From: an uncultured Gammaproteobacteria bacterium
Lineage (GTDB): Bacteria; Patescibacteriota; Microgenomatia; UBA8517
DNA: 49,488 nucleotides
Assembly: GCA_964431555.1 (NCBI GenBank)
Contig: CAYSJW010000018.1
Span: 1 to 49,488, forward strand
Direction: 5' to 3'
The notes under the pieces are model-generated. The model was not told the origin of the DNA. It ran no database searches and worked only from the letters and a program-made list of their open reading frames with translations. Below, piece after piece: positions 1 through 8,737 of this stretch. The position numbers and the translations under genes are program-made. Within the stretch, counting starts at the first letter, position 1. Every line of letters starts with the position of its first letter.

Positions 1-557
1 TTTTTTTACCAAAATTTATATACTCCTTTAAGATACTCCTTTTTTGTAAGATTAATAAAAGACAGGAGGTTGGAAATTTTACAAAAACTTAGAAAAGAAA
101 AAAATTTCCTCGTTGATATTGTTGCCTATTGTTTTATGCCAAATCACATTCATTTTCTTCTTAAGCAGTTGAAAAATTCAGGAATTTCTATTTATATGAG
201 TAATCTGTGTAATAGTTATACACGGTATTTTAATGCAAAAAGAAAAAGAACTAGTCCTATCTTTCAGGGTAAATTTAATGCTGTTAGAATAGAAACAGAT
301 AATCAATTATTGCATGTACAAAGATATATCCATCTTAATCCCTATTCCTTTTTATTGTAAAAAACTTAAATGAGCTTGAGAATTATCCTTATTCTTCTTT
401 ACCTGAATATCTTGGTTTAACTAAGGAAGAGCATTGTAACAAAAAACTGGTATTGGAAAGTCATTTTAAGGATATTCAAGATTACAGAAAATTTATATTT
501 AACCAAGCGGATTATCAAAGAAGTGTTGAAAAGATAAAGCATTTAACATTAGAGTAG
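1..557 (+). pseudogene. IS200/IS605-family Y1 (HUH) transposase / REP-associated tyrosine transposase (RAYT)-like gene, interrupted by a -1 frame change; 5' end may lie outside the window
   Basis: The frame of ORF 70..360 stays open back to nt 1. It carries an HUH motif (CFMPNHIHFLL) and a Tyr motif (QRYIHLNP). A stop falls at 358-360, but the -1 frame (339..557) continues with KNLNELENYPYSSLPEYLGL..., the expected continuation of Y1_Tnp-type proteins (HLNP....YP.SS...YLG). The frame change maps to the T5 run at 349-353. Confidence 0.6.
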
Positions 558-631
558 AAATATACCCGAGGTGTGAAGCCATTTTACCTTAGAGGTGTGA
601 TTGTGTGGATTTAATGGTGTAATATTTTCTG

Positions 632-1387
632 ATGTACCAGATTCCGGAACTTAAAAAATACCCCAAACTTTTTCATGCTTTTTCTACTAAAGAAGATGGT
701 AATATGGCTAATTCAATTTTGGGAAATTTATCAGATTTTAAAAAGGTTATGGCAACTCGTGAAAGATTTTTGAGTAAAATTGGGGTAGATATTAATCAAT
801 GTGTTTGTATGTGGGTGACTCATGGCTGTGAAGTTATCGAAGTTTCTGAAAAAAGTGTTGGATTGAGTATGAGGAATTATGAAAAGGCTTTAAAAGTTGA
901 CGGTTTGTTGACAAATAAGAGAGGAATTTATCTTTTTTTACTGATAGCCGATTGCCTACCGATAATTTTATATGATCCTCTAAAAGAAGCTATAGGACTT
1001 ATTCACGCGGGTTGGAAGGGGACTGATTTAAATGTTTCAAAAAAGGCTGTTGAGAGAATGATTAATCTGTATCGAACGAATCCAAAAGATCTGGTTGTGG
1101 GATTTGGACCTGCGGCAAGGAAGGATTCATACAAAAAAGAAGATCCTTCACAAAAAAGCGATCCCAAGTGGAGTGGTTTTATTGAGCCAATTGGTAGTAA
1201 TAAGTACAAGGTGGATTTTGTTGGACTTTGTAAGAAACAATTAATAGATGTAGGGGTTTTAGAAAAAAATATCTTTGACAGCAAAATTGATACGGTTAAG
1301 GATAAGTGCTTTTTCTCTCATACGAGGGAGAGAAATTTACCTTTAAGAAAACAGGGTAGGTTTGCTTGTGTTATCGGTTTGTTATAA
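632..1387 (+). CDS. pgeF: Peptidoglycan editing factor PgeF / YfiH-type (Cu-oxidase_4, DUF152) protein
   Basis: 251 aa. Family motifs appear in the correct order: THGCEV, DGLLTNK....LLIADCLPIILYD and GLIHAGWKGT. Confidence 0.85.
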   Translation: MYQIPELKKYPKLFHAFSTKEDGNMANSILGNLSDFKKVMATRERFLSKIGVDINQCVCMWVTHGCEVIEVSEKSVGLSMRNYEKALKVDGLLTNKRGIYLFLLIADCLPIILYDPLKEAIGLIHAGWKGTDLNVSKKAVERMINLYRTNPKDLVVGFGPAARKDSYKKEDPSQKSDPKWSGFIEPIGSNKYKVDFVGLCKKQLIDVGVLEKNIFDSKIDTVKDKCFFSHTRERNLPLRKQGRFACVIGLL

Positions 1388-1419
1388 AATGGTTTAGCGT
1401 CAAAAATTGACGTTTTTTT

Positions 1420-2445
1420 ATGAAAAGAAACTTGATTAAAAAACTTAAAGTTAGTAAAAGAATTTTTATATTCGCAATATTAGCCTTACTTTTGGGTGGG
1501 TATTTAATAATCAGAAACTTTTTCCCTTCCAAGAAAGGTTTTAAAGAAGCAAAAGTTGAAAAAGGGACGGTCAAAGAAGAACTCATTTTATCCGGAGAAA
1601 TCAAGGCAGATGAACATGCAAGACTTTCTTTTTTGACTTCGGGTGAGCTTGATTATCTGGGAGTCACCGAAGGTCAAAAGGTTAAGAAAGGAGAAGTTTT
1701 GGCAAAACTTGATACGACAGTCCTTTATCAAACTTATTTATCGGCAGAGGCTGATTTAAGGAGATTTGACGCATCCCGTGATAAGATCTATGACGATTTG
1801 CAAGGGCATGAGAAAGATGAGAGCTATGAGCAAATTGAGTTAAGAACGATAGCCGAAACTAACAGGGATAAGGCCTACCGTGCTTATATCGCGGCACAAA
1901 AGAATTTGGATAATGCGATTTTGAAAGCCCCATTTGATGGGATAATTGCAAGTATTACCCATCCCTATACTGGGGTTAATACCTCCTTGACTGAATCTCA
2001 AATTGAAATAGTAAATCCTGAAACTATCTACTTTCAAGTTACTGCAGATCAGACTGAAGTGAATAAAATTAGAAAAGATCAGGAGGTGGAGATTATTTTA
2101 GATGCTTTTCCCAATGAGGAATATAAAGGCAAGGTAGAGTATGTAGGTTTTACACCAAAGGCGGGTGAGTTAGGAACAGTTTATTCTGTTAAAGTAAGGA
2201 TGGTTGAAAGCATTGATATATCTAAAGTAAGGATTGGAATGACGGGTGATGCCAAGTTTGTTACGTCAAAAAAGGATAATGTTTTGTATATTCCAAGCAC
2301 TTTTATTAATTCTGATTCTAAGGGAAGATTTGTCTATCTTAAAAGACCAAAAAATAAGGTTTATGTGGAAATTGGCCTTGAGGGAGAAGAATTTACACAG
2401 ATTATAAGCGAGAAAGTTAAAGAGAATGATAAAGTATTTGATTAA
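1420..2445 (+). CDS. HlyD/MacA-type membrane fusion (periplasmic adaptor) protein
   Basis: N-terminal TM anchor (IFIFAILALLLGGYLII). A lipoyl/barrel-sandwich motif follows (GEIKADEHARLSF..SGELDYLGVTEGQKVKKGEVLAKLD), then a coiled-coil stretch and a second barrel half (ILKAPFDGIIASI). It lies directly upstream of the ABC ATPase and permease. Confidence 0.8.
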   Translation: MKRNLIKKLKVSKRIFIFAILALLLGGYLIIRNFFPSKKGFKEAKVEKGTVKEELILSGEIKADEHARLSFLTSGELDYLGVTEGQKVKKGEVLAKLDTTVLYQTYLSAEADLRRFDASRDKIYDDLQGHEKDESYEQIELRTIAETNRDKAYRAYIAAQKNLDNAILKAPFDGIIASITHPYTGVNTSLTESQIEIVNPETIYFQVTADQTEVNKIRKDQEVEIILDAFPNEEYKGKVEYVGFTPKAGELGTVYSVKVRMVESIDISKVRIGMTGDAKFVTSKKDNVLYIPSTFINSDSKGRFVYLKRPKNKVYVEIGLEGEEFTQIISEKVKENDKVFD

Positions 2446-2533
2446 GGAAGGAAAAGATCAAAGAAGTAAAATAGTAAATTAAGGTCTTTTATAAAAATTT
2501 AACTATCTGAAATAATTTCTTTACTTCAATAAA

Positions 2534-3211
2534 ATGATTAAACTTGAAAATGTTTGTAAATCTTACTTTTTAGGAGATGAAGAAGTAAAAGCTGTTTGTG
2601 ATGTAAATTTGGAAATAAGGGAGAAAGAGTATATAGGTATATTAGGTTCGTCAGGTTCGGGGAAATCGACTTTAATGTATTTAATTGGTCTTTTAGAACA
2701 ACCATCTGCGGGAAAAATTCTTCTTAATGGCAAGGATGTTTCAAAGCTTTCCGATGACGAACTTTCAAAGATAAGAAACAGGTTCGTGGGTTTTGTTTTC
2801 CAGTCATTTAATTTAATAAACCGTTTTAATGTTATCGAAAATATACTTTTACCAACTAAATATGCAAAAGAAAAGTTGGACTTCGATCCATTAAAGCGGG
2901 CTGAAGAACTTATGAAGAAATTTGGAATATATGAGAGGAGATCTTTTTTTCCAAATAAAATTTCAGGAGGCCAGCAACAAAGGGTAGCTATTGCTAGGGC
3001 TTTGATTATGAGCCCAAAAGTAATTTTGGCTGACGAGCCAACTGGAAACTTGGATAGTAAAACTGGCGATGAGATTTTAAAGATAATGGAAACCTTAAAT
3101 AAGGACTTCGGAGTTACTGTGGTTTTGGTTACTCATGAAAAAGATATAGCCAGAAGAACCAAGAGACAAATTTATATTAAAGATGGAAAAGTTGTAGATA
3201 AATATCTGTAA
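2534..3211 (+). CDS. ABC transporter ATP-binding protein (MacB/LolD-type)
   Basis: Walker A GSSGSGKST, Q-loop FQSFNL, signature ISGGQQQRVAIARAL, Walker B ILADEPTGNLD and H-loop VTHE. Confidence 0.92.
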   Translation: MIKLENVCKSYFLGDEEVKAVCDVNLEIREKEYIGILGSSGSGKSTLMYLIGLLEQPSAGKILLNGKDVSKLSDDELSKIRNRFVGFVFQSFNLINRFNVIENILLPTKYAKEKLDFDPLKRAEELMKKFGIYERRSFFPNKISGGQQQRVAIARALIMSPKVILADEPTGNLDSKTGDEILKIMETLNKDFGVTVVLVTHEKDIARRTKRQIYIKDGKVVDKYL

Positions 3212-3213
3212 AA

Positions 3214-4431
3214 ATGAGAATTCAAAACGGTTGGTTACACCTAGTAAAAACAGCACTATCTGATTTTAAGAGAAATAAGATAAGAACAGCTTTGACTGCC
3301 TTGGGAATTATGATAGGGGTTATGTCGGTGGTTTTGCTTATTGCTTTGGGAATAGGTTTAAAGAATTATCTTAATGAGCAGTTTGAAAGTTTGGGAGCAA
3401 ATTTGGTGATTGTTTTCCCCGGAAATCTATCAGGAAGTGATGAAGGAGGAGGCTTGTCAAATTTTGGAGCTGGTTTTGCGGGTGGGGCTAAATTTGATGA
3501 AAAAGATTATTTTAATCTGTTGAGAATACCGGAGGCTGATTATGTAGTTCCAGTTTTTATGAAAAGCGGTATTATTGAATCAGGCGGAGTAAGAAAGTAT
3601 GGTTATCTTCTTGGCACTAATGAGCAATCATTCAAAGTTTTGAATTTGGAACTTTTAACAGGTGAGTTTTTCAGCCGGGGGGATGTTTCGGCAAGATCCA
3701 AAAAAGCTGTTTTAGGAGAGGTGATAGCAGAAAAACTTTTTAAAGACCCCAAGAATGCTTTAGGAAAAACAATAAGGGTTTCAGACCAACGCTTTAAGGT
3801 AATTGGTGTTGTAAAGAAAAAGGGAGATCGCGAGCAGGATAATTCTGCCCATGTTCCCTATAGAGTAACCTTTGGCACGTTAAATCCGAATAAAAATTTT
3901 TTTACCATATACCTTGGAACAAAAGATGAAGAAATGGTTCCTATACTTAAAGAAAGAGCAAAAGAAGTGCTTTTGAAACGATATGAAAAGGACGATTTTA
4001 CGGTAACAGAACAAACTGAAATTTTATCAACGGTTAATCAGATATTTACAATTGTAAATAGTATCTTGGTGGCGATTGGTTCTATATCCTTATTGGTTGG
4101 AGGAATTGGAATTATGAATATTATGTACGCAACTGTAACCGAAAGGACTAAAGAAGTTGGAATAAGGAGGGCGGTTGGAGCAACCAAGAGTGATATTTTG
4201 AAGCAGTTTCTTACGGAGAGTGTGCTTCTTTCGGTTTTTGGCGGAATTTTAGGCCTTATTTTGTCTGCATTTACAGTATTGGGAATCAGGTTGTTTTTTC
4301 CAGCCGCAATTAATTTATTTTCAGTTATTGTTACGCTTTTTATTTCATCCGCAATAGGAATCTTTTTTGGAGTTTTTCCGGCAAGGCGAGCCGCCCAACT
4401 TCCCCCGATTGAGGCAATTAGATACGAATAA
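3214..4431 (+). CDS. ABC transporter permease, MacB_PCD + FtsX type
   Basis: 405 aa. TM1 is followed by a ~230 aa extracytoplasmic domain and three C-terminal TM helices, with the conserved MYATVTERTKEVGIRRAVGA and FPARRAA motifs. It starts 3 nt after the ATPase stop. Confidence 0.88.
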   Translation: MRIQNGWLHLVKTALSDFKRNKIRTALTALGIMIGVMSVVLLIALGIGLKNYLNEQFESLGANLVIVFPGNLSGSDEGGGLSNFGAGFAGGAKFDEKDYFNLLRIPEADYVVPVFMKSGIIESGGVRKYGYLLGTNEQSFKVLNLELLTGEFFSRGDVSARSKKAVLGEVIAEKLFKDPKNALGKTIRVSDQRFKVIGVVKKKGDREQDNSAHVPYRVTFGTLNPNKNFFTIYLGTKDEEMVPILKERAKEVLLKRYEKDDFTVTEQTEILSTVNQIFTIVNSILVAIGSISLLVGGIGIMNIMYATVTERTKEVGIRRAVGATKSDILKQFLTESVLLSVFGGILGLILSAFTVLGIRLFFPAAINLFSVIVTLFISSAIGIFFGVFPARRAAQLPPIEAIRYE

Positions 4432-4480
4432 AAGTGAATAACCACTTGTTAAAGCCCCTTTTATTTACTACGATTTAATT

Positions 4481-5635
4481 ATGGAAAAAATTGTCATTGT
4501 GATGCCAGCGTGGAATGAGGCAGAGAATATCAAAAAGATGATTGATGCACTTTTTGATGAGGTATTTCCGAAAATAAAGGCAGAAATGAATCTTTTGATT
4601 GTTGATAATAATTCTAATGACGGTATGACGGAGTTGGTAGGAGAGGAGATAAAAAGAAGAAAAGGACTTTATCTTATTCAACAAGGAACGGAGAAAGGTT
4701 TGGGAAACGCTTATATCAAGGGATTTAGGTACGCGGTTGAGATATTAAAGGCGGACGCTGTTATGGAGATGGATGCTGATGGTCAACATCCTCCGGAATT
4801 TGTCAAACCGATGGTCGAAGCTTATTTATCTGGTGCGGATTATGTTATTGGGTCTCGTTATATACCCGGAGGATCTATTCCCAAGGAGTGGGCTTTTTTT
4901 AGAAAATTTGTGAGTTATTTTGGAAATTTATATATTCGTTTGGTTCTTCTTAAACCTTCACTTCATGATTTGACAACTGGTTTTCGCTTGACGAAGGTTA
5001 AAGGAGTATTGGATAGGATAAATTTAGACAATCTAATGGAAAAGGAAAGATTTGCCTATAAGGTTGATCTTCTATATCAATCTATTAAAAACGCTAAAAA
5101 AACTGTTGAAGTTCCGTTGGAGTTCAGGCCAAGGACAACAGATAAGTCAAAATTTAACACAAAAGAAACAATAGCAACTCTGAAGGTAGCAACGATTCTT
5201 GGGATTAAAGACAAAGCTAAATTTATTAAGTTTGGCACGGTTGGATTTCTAGGCTATCTTGTTAATGCCTTTACTTTGTGGCTTTTCACTAAGTGGAATT
5301 TTCCGGGTCCAATTGCTTGGGGAGCTTCAACTGAATTGGCGATTGTAAATAATTTTATTTTAAATAATCTTTGGACTTTCAAGTCAGAAAAAATAACTGG
5401 ACTTGTAAATGTTTTAAAGAAATTTCTACAGTTTAATATGACCTCGGCTGGAGCTTTATTAATTCAGGTGGTTTTCGGAAGTATTTCCGATGTTCTTTTT
5501 GGTTCGCAATATAGACAACTTGCACTTCCTTTTATCATCGTGTTTTTGGTGCTTCCTTACAATTACTTTATGTACAACGTGGTTATTTGGAGAAGCTGGA
5601 ATTTAGAGAAGATCTTGAAAAGGAGTGTCAAGTAG
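4481..5635 (+). CDS. Fusion of a Dpm1/GtrB-like GT2 polyprenyl-phosphate glycosyltransferase with a C-terminal GtrA-like 4-TM domain
   Basis: GT-A motifs VMPAWNEAENI, VDNNSNDGM, MDADGQHPP and GSRY. C-terminal GtrA pattern FIKFGTVGFLGYLVNAFTLWLF ... AIVNNFILNNLWTFK plus further TM helices. Confidence 0.85.
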   Translation: MEKIVIVMPAWNEAENIKKMIDALFDEVFPKIKAEMNLLIVDNNSNDGMTELVGEEIKRRKGLYLIQQGTEKGLGNAYIKGFRYAVEILKADAVMEMDADGQHPPEFVKPMVEAYLSGADYVIGSRYIPGGSIPKEWAFFRKFVSYFGNLYIRLVLLKPSLHDLTTGFRLTKVKGVLDRINLDNLMEKERFAYKVDLLYQSIKNAKKTVEVPLEFRPRTTDKSKFNTKETIATLKVATILGIKDKAKFIKFGTVGFLGYLVNAFTLWLFTKWNFPGPIAWGASTELAIVNNFILNNLWTFKSEKITGLVNVLKKFLQFNMTSAGALLIQVVFGSISDVLFGSQYRQLALPFIIVFLVLPYNYFMYNVVIWRSWNLEKILKRSVK

Positions 5636-5858
5636 TTGTCTTTAAAATGCTTGCCTCCTGATCGGCGTTAAATATTTCCCCGCTTTTCTCCATATGACTA
5701 CTAAATATTTTTATTTTTCTTGAGGGACAATTTTCTTCAGGACAGATATCTCTTGGCGGAAAGTGAGGTTTCTGACAATATTGACAATTCGAACCTTCAA
5801 GTCTAAGAAGTTGGCCTTTTAATCTCCAATAGCGAGAAGGTGAATAATATTCTAGCAT
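5628..5858 (-). CDS. Short zinc-ribbon protein resembling the N-terminal rubredoxin-like ribbon of DUF35 OB-fold proteins (OB-fold part missing)
   Basis: 76 aa. The pattern CQYCQKPHFPPRDICPEENCPSRK matches the C..C....FPPR..CP..C pattern of DUF35_N. The 3' end overlaps the convergent GT2-GtrA gene by 8 nt. It may be a relic. Confidence 0.35.
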   Translation of the reverse strand: MLEYYSPSRYWRLKGQLLRLEGSNCQYCQKPHFPPRDICPEENCPSRKIKIFSSHMEKSGEIFNADQEASILKTTT

Positions 5859-5897
5859 GTAATATTAGTCTTTTTATAAATCTAAAAGTACACGTTC

Positions 5898-6737
5898 CTA
5901 TTGAAGGGATTTTGTGTATTGGTTGAATATTTTTATAAGTTTTAATGTATTTTTTCCCGGTTTTCCTTCAGCTATAGTTTTGTTGTCAATTTTTACAACA
6001 GGGAGTATTCCAATTGTGGTTCCGGTTAAAAAAACTTCATCGGCGGTTATTAATTCGTTTAGTTTTATGTCTTTTTCCTCGACAGAGAAATTTTTCTTTG
6101 CAAGTCTGAGAACTAAATTTCTAGTAATGCCTCTTAATATTCCGCTTTTGGGAGTTAAAAGTTTGTTTTTACGAAACAAAAAAATATTCGAAGTTGCTCC
6201 TTCTAGTACTTTTTTGTTTTTAATATAAAGGAGGGTAAAGGCTTTTTTCTTCTTAAGAGTTTTCCAAGATTTAACAAGTTCAATGTAATTTAAGGTTTTT
6301 ACCGAAGGCAAATCTCTTTGGTATTTTAGAGTTAATACTCTCACTCCTTGGGTGTACAAATTTTTATTCGGCTCTTTAAGTTTTCTGGTTGTTAAAAGAA
6401 AAGTGGGTTTTTTCCCCGGAGATAAACCGTCTTGGGATTCACCTCCCGTTACTATGATTTTGATGAGTGAATCTTTATTTTCTTTATTAATTTTAAGTAA
6501 TTTGTGGATTTCCTGTGAGATTTTATTTTTGCTGTAGGGAATTTTAAGATTAATCTTTTTGGCTGAAGTGAAAAGTCTCTGTATGTGCTCTTCTAGAAGA
6601 AATGGAGTTTTGTTGTAAGTTCTTAAAACTTCAAATATTCCATAGCCGCGCTGGATTCCGATATCAAAAATCCCAAATTTTGCTTCGTTTTCTTTTATTA
6701 TTTTCCCATTTAGAAAACAAAAATTTATTTTTTTCAT
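5898..6737 (-). CDS. Class IV (fold type IV PLP) aminotransferase: branched-chain amino acid or D-amino-acid aminotransferase
   Basis: 279 aa. N-terminal FLNGKI...EAKFGIFDIGIQRGYGIFEVLRTY...PFLLEEHIQRL. Candidate PLP-lysine in VKTLNY. C-terminal EVFLTGTT.GILPV. Confidence 0.8.
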   Translation of the reverse strand: MKKINFCFLNGKIIKENEAKFGIFDIGIQRGYGIFEVLRTYNKTPFLLEEHIQRLFTSAKKINLKIPYSKNKISQEIHKLLKINKENKDSLIKIIVTGGESQDGLSPGKKPTFLLTTRKLKEPNKNLYTQGVRVLTLKYQRDLPSVKTLNYIELVKSWKTLKKKKAFTLLYIKNKKVLEGATSNIFLFRKNKLLTPKSGILRGITRNLVLRLAKKNFSVEEKDIKLNELITADEVFLTGTTIGILPVVKIDNKTIAEGKPGKNTLKLIKIFNQYTKSLQ

Positions 6738-6798
6738 ATTTTTATGGCCATTTTTTTTGAATCATATCAGTGTCTAAGTCATTTTGTGTAAGATTTAA

Positions 6799-7956
6799 TT
6801 AAAGAAGAGGAGTCCAGTCCGATACAGGCATTACATTTTGCGAGATAAAGGAAAGAGAGAAAAGGTAAATAGGAATTAATAAAATCAAAAGTATTAATTT
6901 AAAATCTTTTTTAACCAAGGTTTCTGAAAATGCGCTAAATAAGAATGGAACAATTGGCAAAGCGTATCGCATAAGATCTCTGTGTGAGACAAAAAGTAAA
7001 GAAGTAAAAAATACACCAACAACCCATGCTAAAGGAGTTTCTTTTTTGTTTATTAAATTGATTAATCCGAGAAAGCCAAAAAGATAGATAAAGATTATCT
7101 CCTCGAGCCAGAATGTTCCCACCCATGCAGATGAATAATTAAATATCTGAAAAGGTGGGAAAAACAGATGGATATTATCGCCTGAATGAAAATAAGCGAA
7201 AAAGTCTTTAAGTTGGATTTTATAGATTAAAAATACAATTAGAAGACCAAGAGGAATAAGTGATATTGATAAATATCTTTTCAATTCAATTTTTTTGGAG
7301 GCATGCTGGGATGTTTCTATAATGATTCTTTTGAAGTCTGAAATAAAAAGAAATAAAAAGTAGGCTATAAATAGAAGAATTCCCGGAGATTTTGTGAGCT
7401 GAGCTAGTAATCCAAAGATTCCCGCTAGGAAGAATTTATTTTTTCTGAAAAAGTAAACCGATGCTATTATCATAGCCAAAAATAATGGCTCCGCTGAACC
7501 TACCGACCGAACGATTAGCCATCTTGCCGGAAAGACAGAAAAAATAAAGGTTAGCCAGAGAGCGTTTTTTTTGTTTGTGAATTCATTTGTGAAAATGTAA
7601 AAAAAGAAAATTGCCAAGATTGATGAAGTTGCAGTAACAAAAAGCATTGAATAGGGAGAGCCGAAAGTATAGGAAAAAAGTCTGATGAGTAAAGGAAATA
7701 GGGGGAAATGTGCAGCATAATATTCTGCCGGCAAGGTAAAACTGAATTTACCTACCATTTTAGGGTTATAAAGCGTCTTTGAAACAAGTATATAAAAAGG
7801 ACCATCATAATTGGCAACAATTGTCTCCATTCCGTTTTTGGGTAATGGAATTTTCCAGATGCTTTCAATACGGAAAAAGAAAGGAATCCAAATTAAAAGG
7901 GTAGGTATAAGTGAGATGGCCAAAATTGAGAAAAAAACTTTTAGCTTGAGAGCCAT
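6799..7956 (-). CDS. Polytopic membrane protein, PIG-V/GT-C-like mannosyltransferase family candidate
   Basis: 385 aa and about 10 hydrophobic helices. The first loop reads ANYDGPFYILVSKTLY ... AAHFPLFPLLIRL, resembling the WD..~Y..IA..GY / aFFPLyP pattern of Mannosyl_trans2-type proteins. Confidence 0.5.
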   Translation of the reverse strand: MALKLKVFFSILAISLIPTLLIWIPFFFRIESIWKIPLPKNGMETIVANYDGPFYILVSKTLYNPKMVGKFSFTLPAEYYAAHFPLFPLLIRLFSYTFGSPYSMLFVTATSSILAIFFFYIFTNEFTNKKNALWLTFIFSVFPARWLIVRSVGSAEPLFLAMIIASVYFFRKNKFFLAGIFGLLAQLTKSPGILLFIAYFLFLFISDFKRIIIETSQHASKKIELKRYLSISLIPLGLLIVFLIYKIQLKDFFAYFHSGDNIHLFFPPFQIFNYSSAWVGTFWLEEIIFIYLFGFLGLINLINKKETPLAWVVGVFFTSLLFVSHRDLMRYALPIVPFLFSAFSETLVKKDFKLILLILLIPIYLFSLSFISQNVMPVSDWTPLL

Positions 7957-7995
7957 TTGTCAAAATGATATACCGTTTGATCTATTATGACAAGG

Positions 7996-8361
7996 CTAAT
8001 TAATCTCTTCGAATTTTCCACTAAGGTAGAGGTAATAAAGATGAACTTTTAATTTCGGATATTTTTTGAGTATTTTGTTTTTTGCGGTTTTTAAATCTTT
8101 TACATGTCTTTCATAGGTGCTTTCTTTTCCATAGGCTCCGCAGTCTTCGTGGTGAATTAAATATACTTCTTTTGTTTGATGAAGTTTTACTGATAGTTCA
8201 ATTTGTTTTACGATTATAGCCAAGCTTTTAGTACTTCCCGCGTAACTCACTAAATCAAATGCTTTGCCTTTAAGCTTTTTATCTGTGAATTTACGGATGT
8301 ATTTTTGTAATCTGAAGTCCATGCAGTTAACAATTACTGCATCACATTTATGACTTGCCAT
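7996..8361 (-). CDS. Small beta-carbonic-anhydrase-like zinc-site protein
   Basis: 121 aa. The motifs CMDFR (CxDxR) and HHEDCGAYG (HxxCG) match the zinc-ligand spacing of beta-class carbonic anhydrases, but the protein is only about half the usual length. Confidence 0.45.
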   Translation of the reverse strand: MASHKCDAVIVNCMDFRLQKYIRKFTDKKLKGKAFDLVSYAGSTKSLAIIVKQIELSVKLHQTKEVYLIHHEDCGAYGKESTYERHVKDLKTAKNKILKKYPKLKVHLYYLYLSGKFEEIN

Positions 8362-8416
8362 ATTTTTATTTTAATACTTATTTTTAAAATGTAAATTATA
8401 GCAATTATTTTTTTTA

Positions 8417-8445
8417 TTGACTATTCGTTTTGGACTGATTAGAAT
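8417..8445 (+). promoter_or_regulatory. Sigma70-like promoter for the atp operon
   Basis: TTGACT (8417-8422), a 17-nt spacer, then TAGAAT (8440-8445), located just upstream of the first atp-operon ORF. Confidence 0.45.
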
Positions 8446-8455
8446 CTATTGAGAA

Positions 8456-8737
8456 ATGTTAATACTTTTCTCACCATTTGGTGGGAATTTTATTTTTATG
8501 AAAAGAAGACCTAGTTTCAAACTTGACTATAAACTGATCCTGAAATCATTTGTTGAAGCAAGTAGTATGAGTATTTCATTTGTCTTTTATCCAGTAATTA
8601 TATTGCTTTTGGCTACATTTCTTGGTAAAAGGTTTGGCAACTTGCCTTTATTTATAGTTAGCGCTGTCGTTTTAGGTTTTGTCATTTTTGTTTTTCAAGT
8701 TCGCAAAATTTTTAATCGATTTTCTAAAATAAAATGA
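8456..8737 (+). CDS. Small two-TM protein in the AtpI/AtpZ position of the atp operon
   Basis: Two hydrophobic helices (ISFVFYPVIILLLATFLG and LFIVSAVVLGFVIFVF). The stop overlaps the atpB start (ATGA at 8734). The ATG at 8498 (MKRRPSF...) is an alternative start because 8456 lies only ~10 nt after the putative -10 box. Confidence 0.4.
   Translation: MLILFSPFGGNFIFMKRRPSFKLDYKLILKSFVEASSMSISFVFYPVIILLLATFLGKRFGNLPLFIVSAVVLGFVIFVFQVRKIFNRFSKIK

Noticed and set aside
568-600. Direct repeat gaggtgtga at 568-576 and 592-600 just after the transposase remnant, considered as an IS end or subterminal hairpin.
   Set aside because: The repeats are direct rather than inverted and no hairpin can form. 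Nine nucleotides occurring twice is weak evidence.
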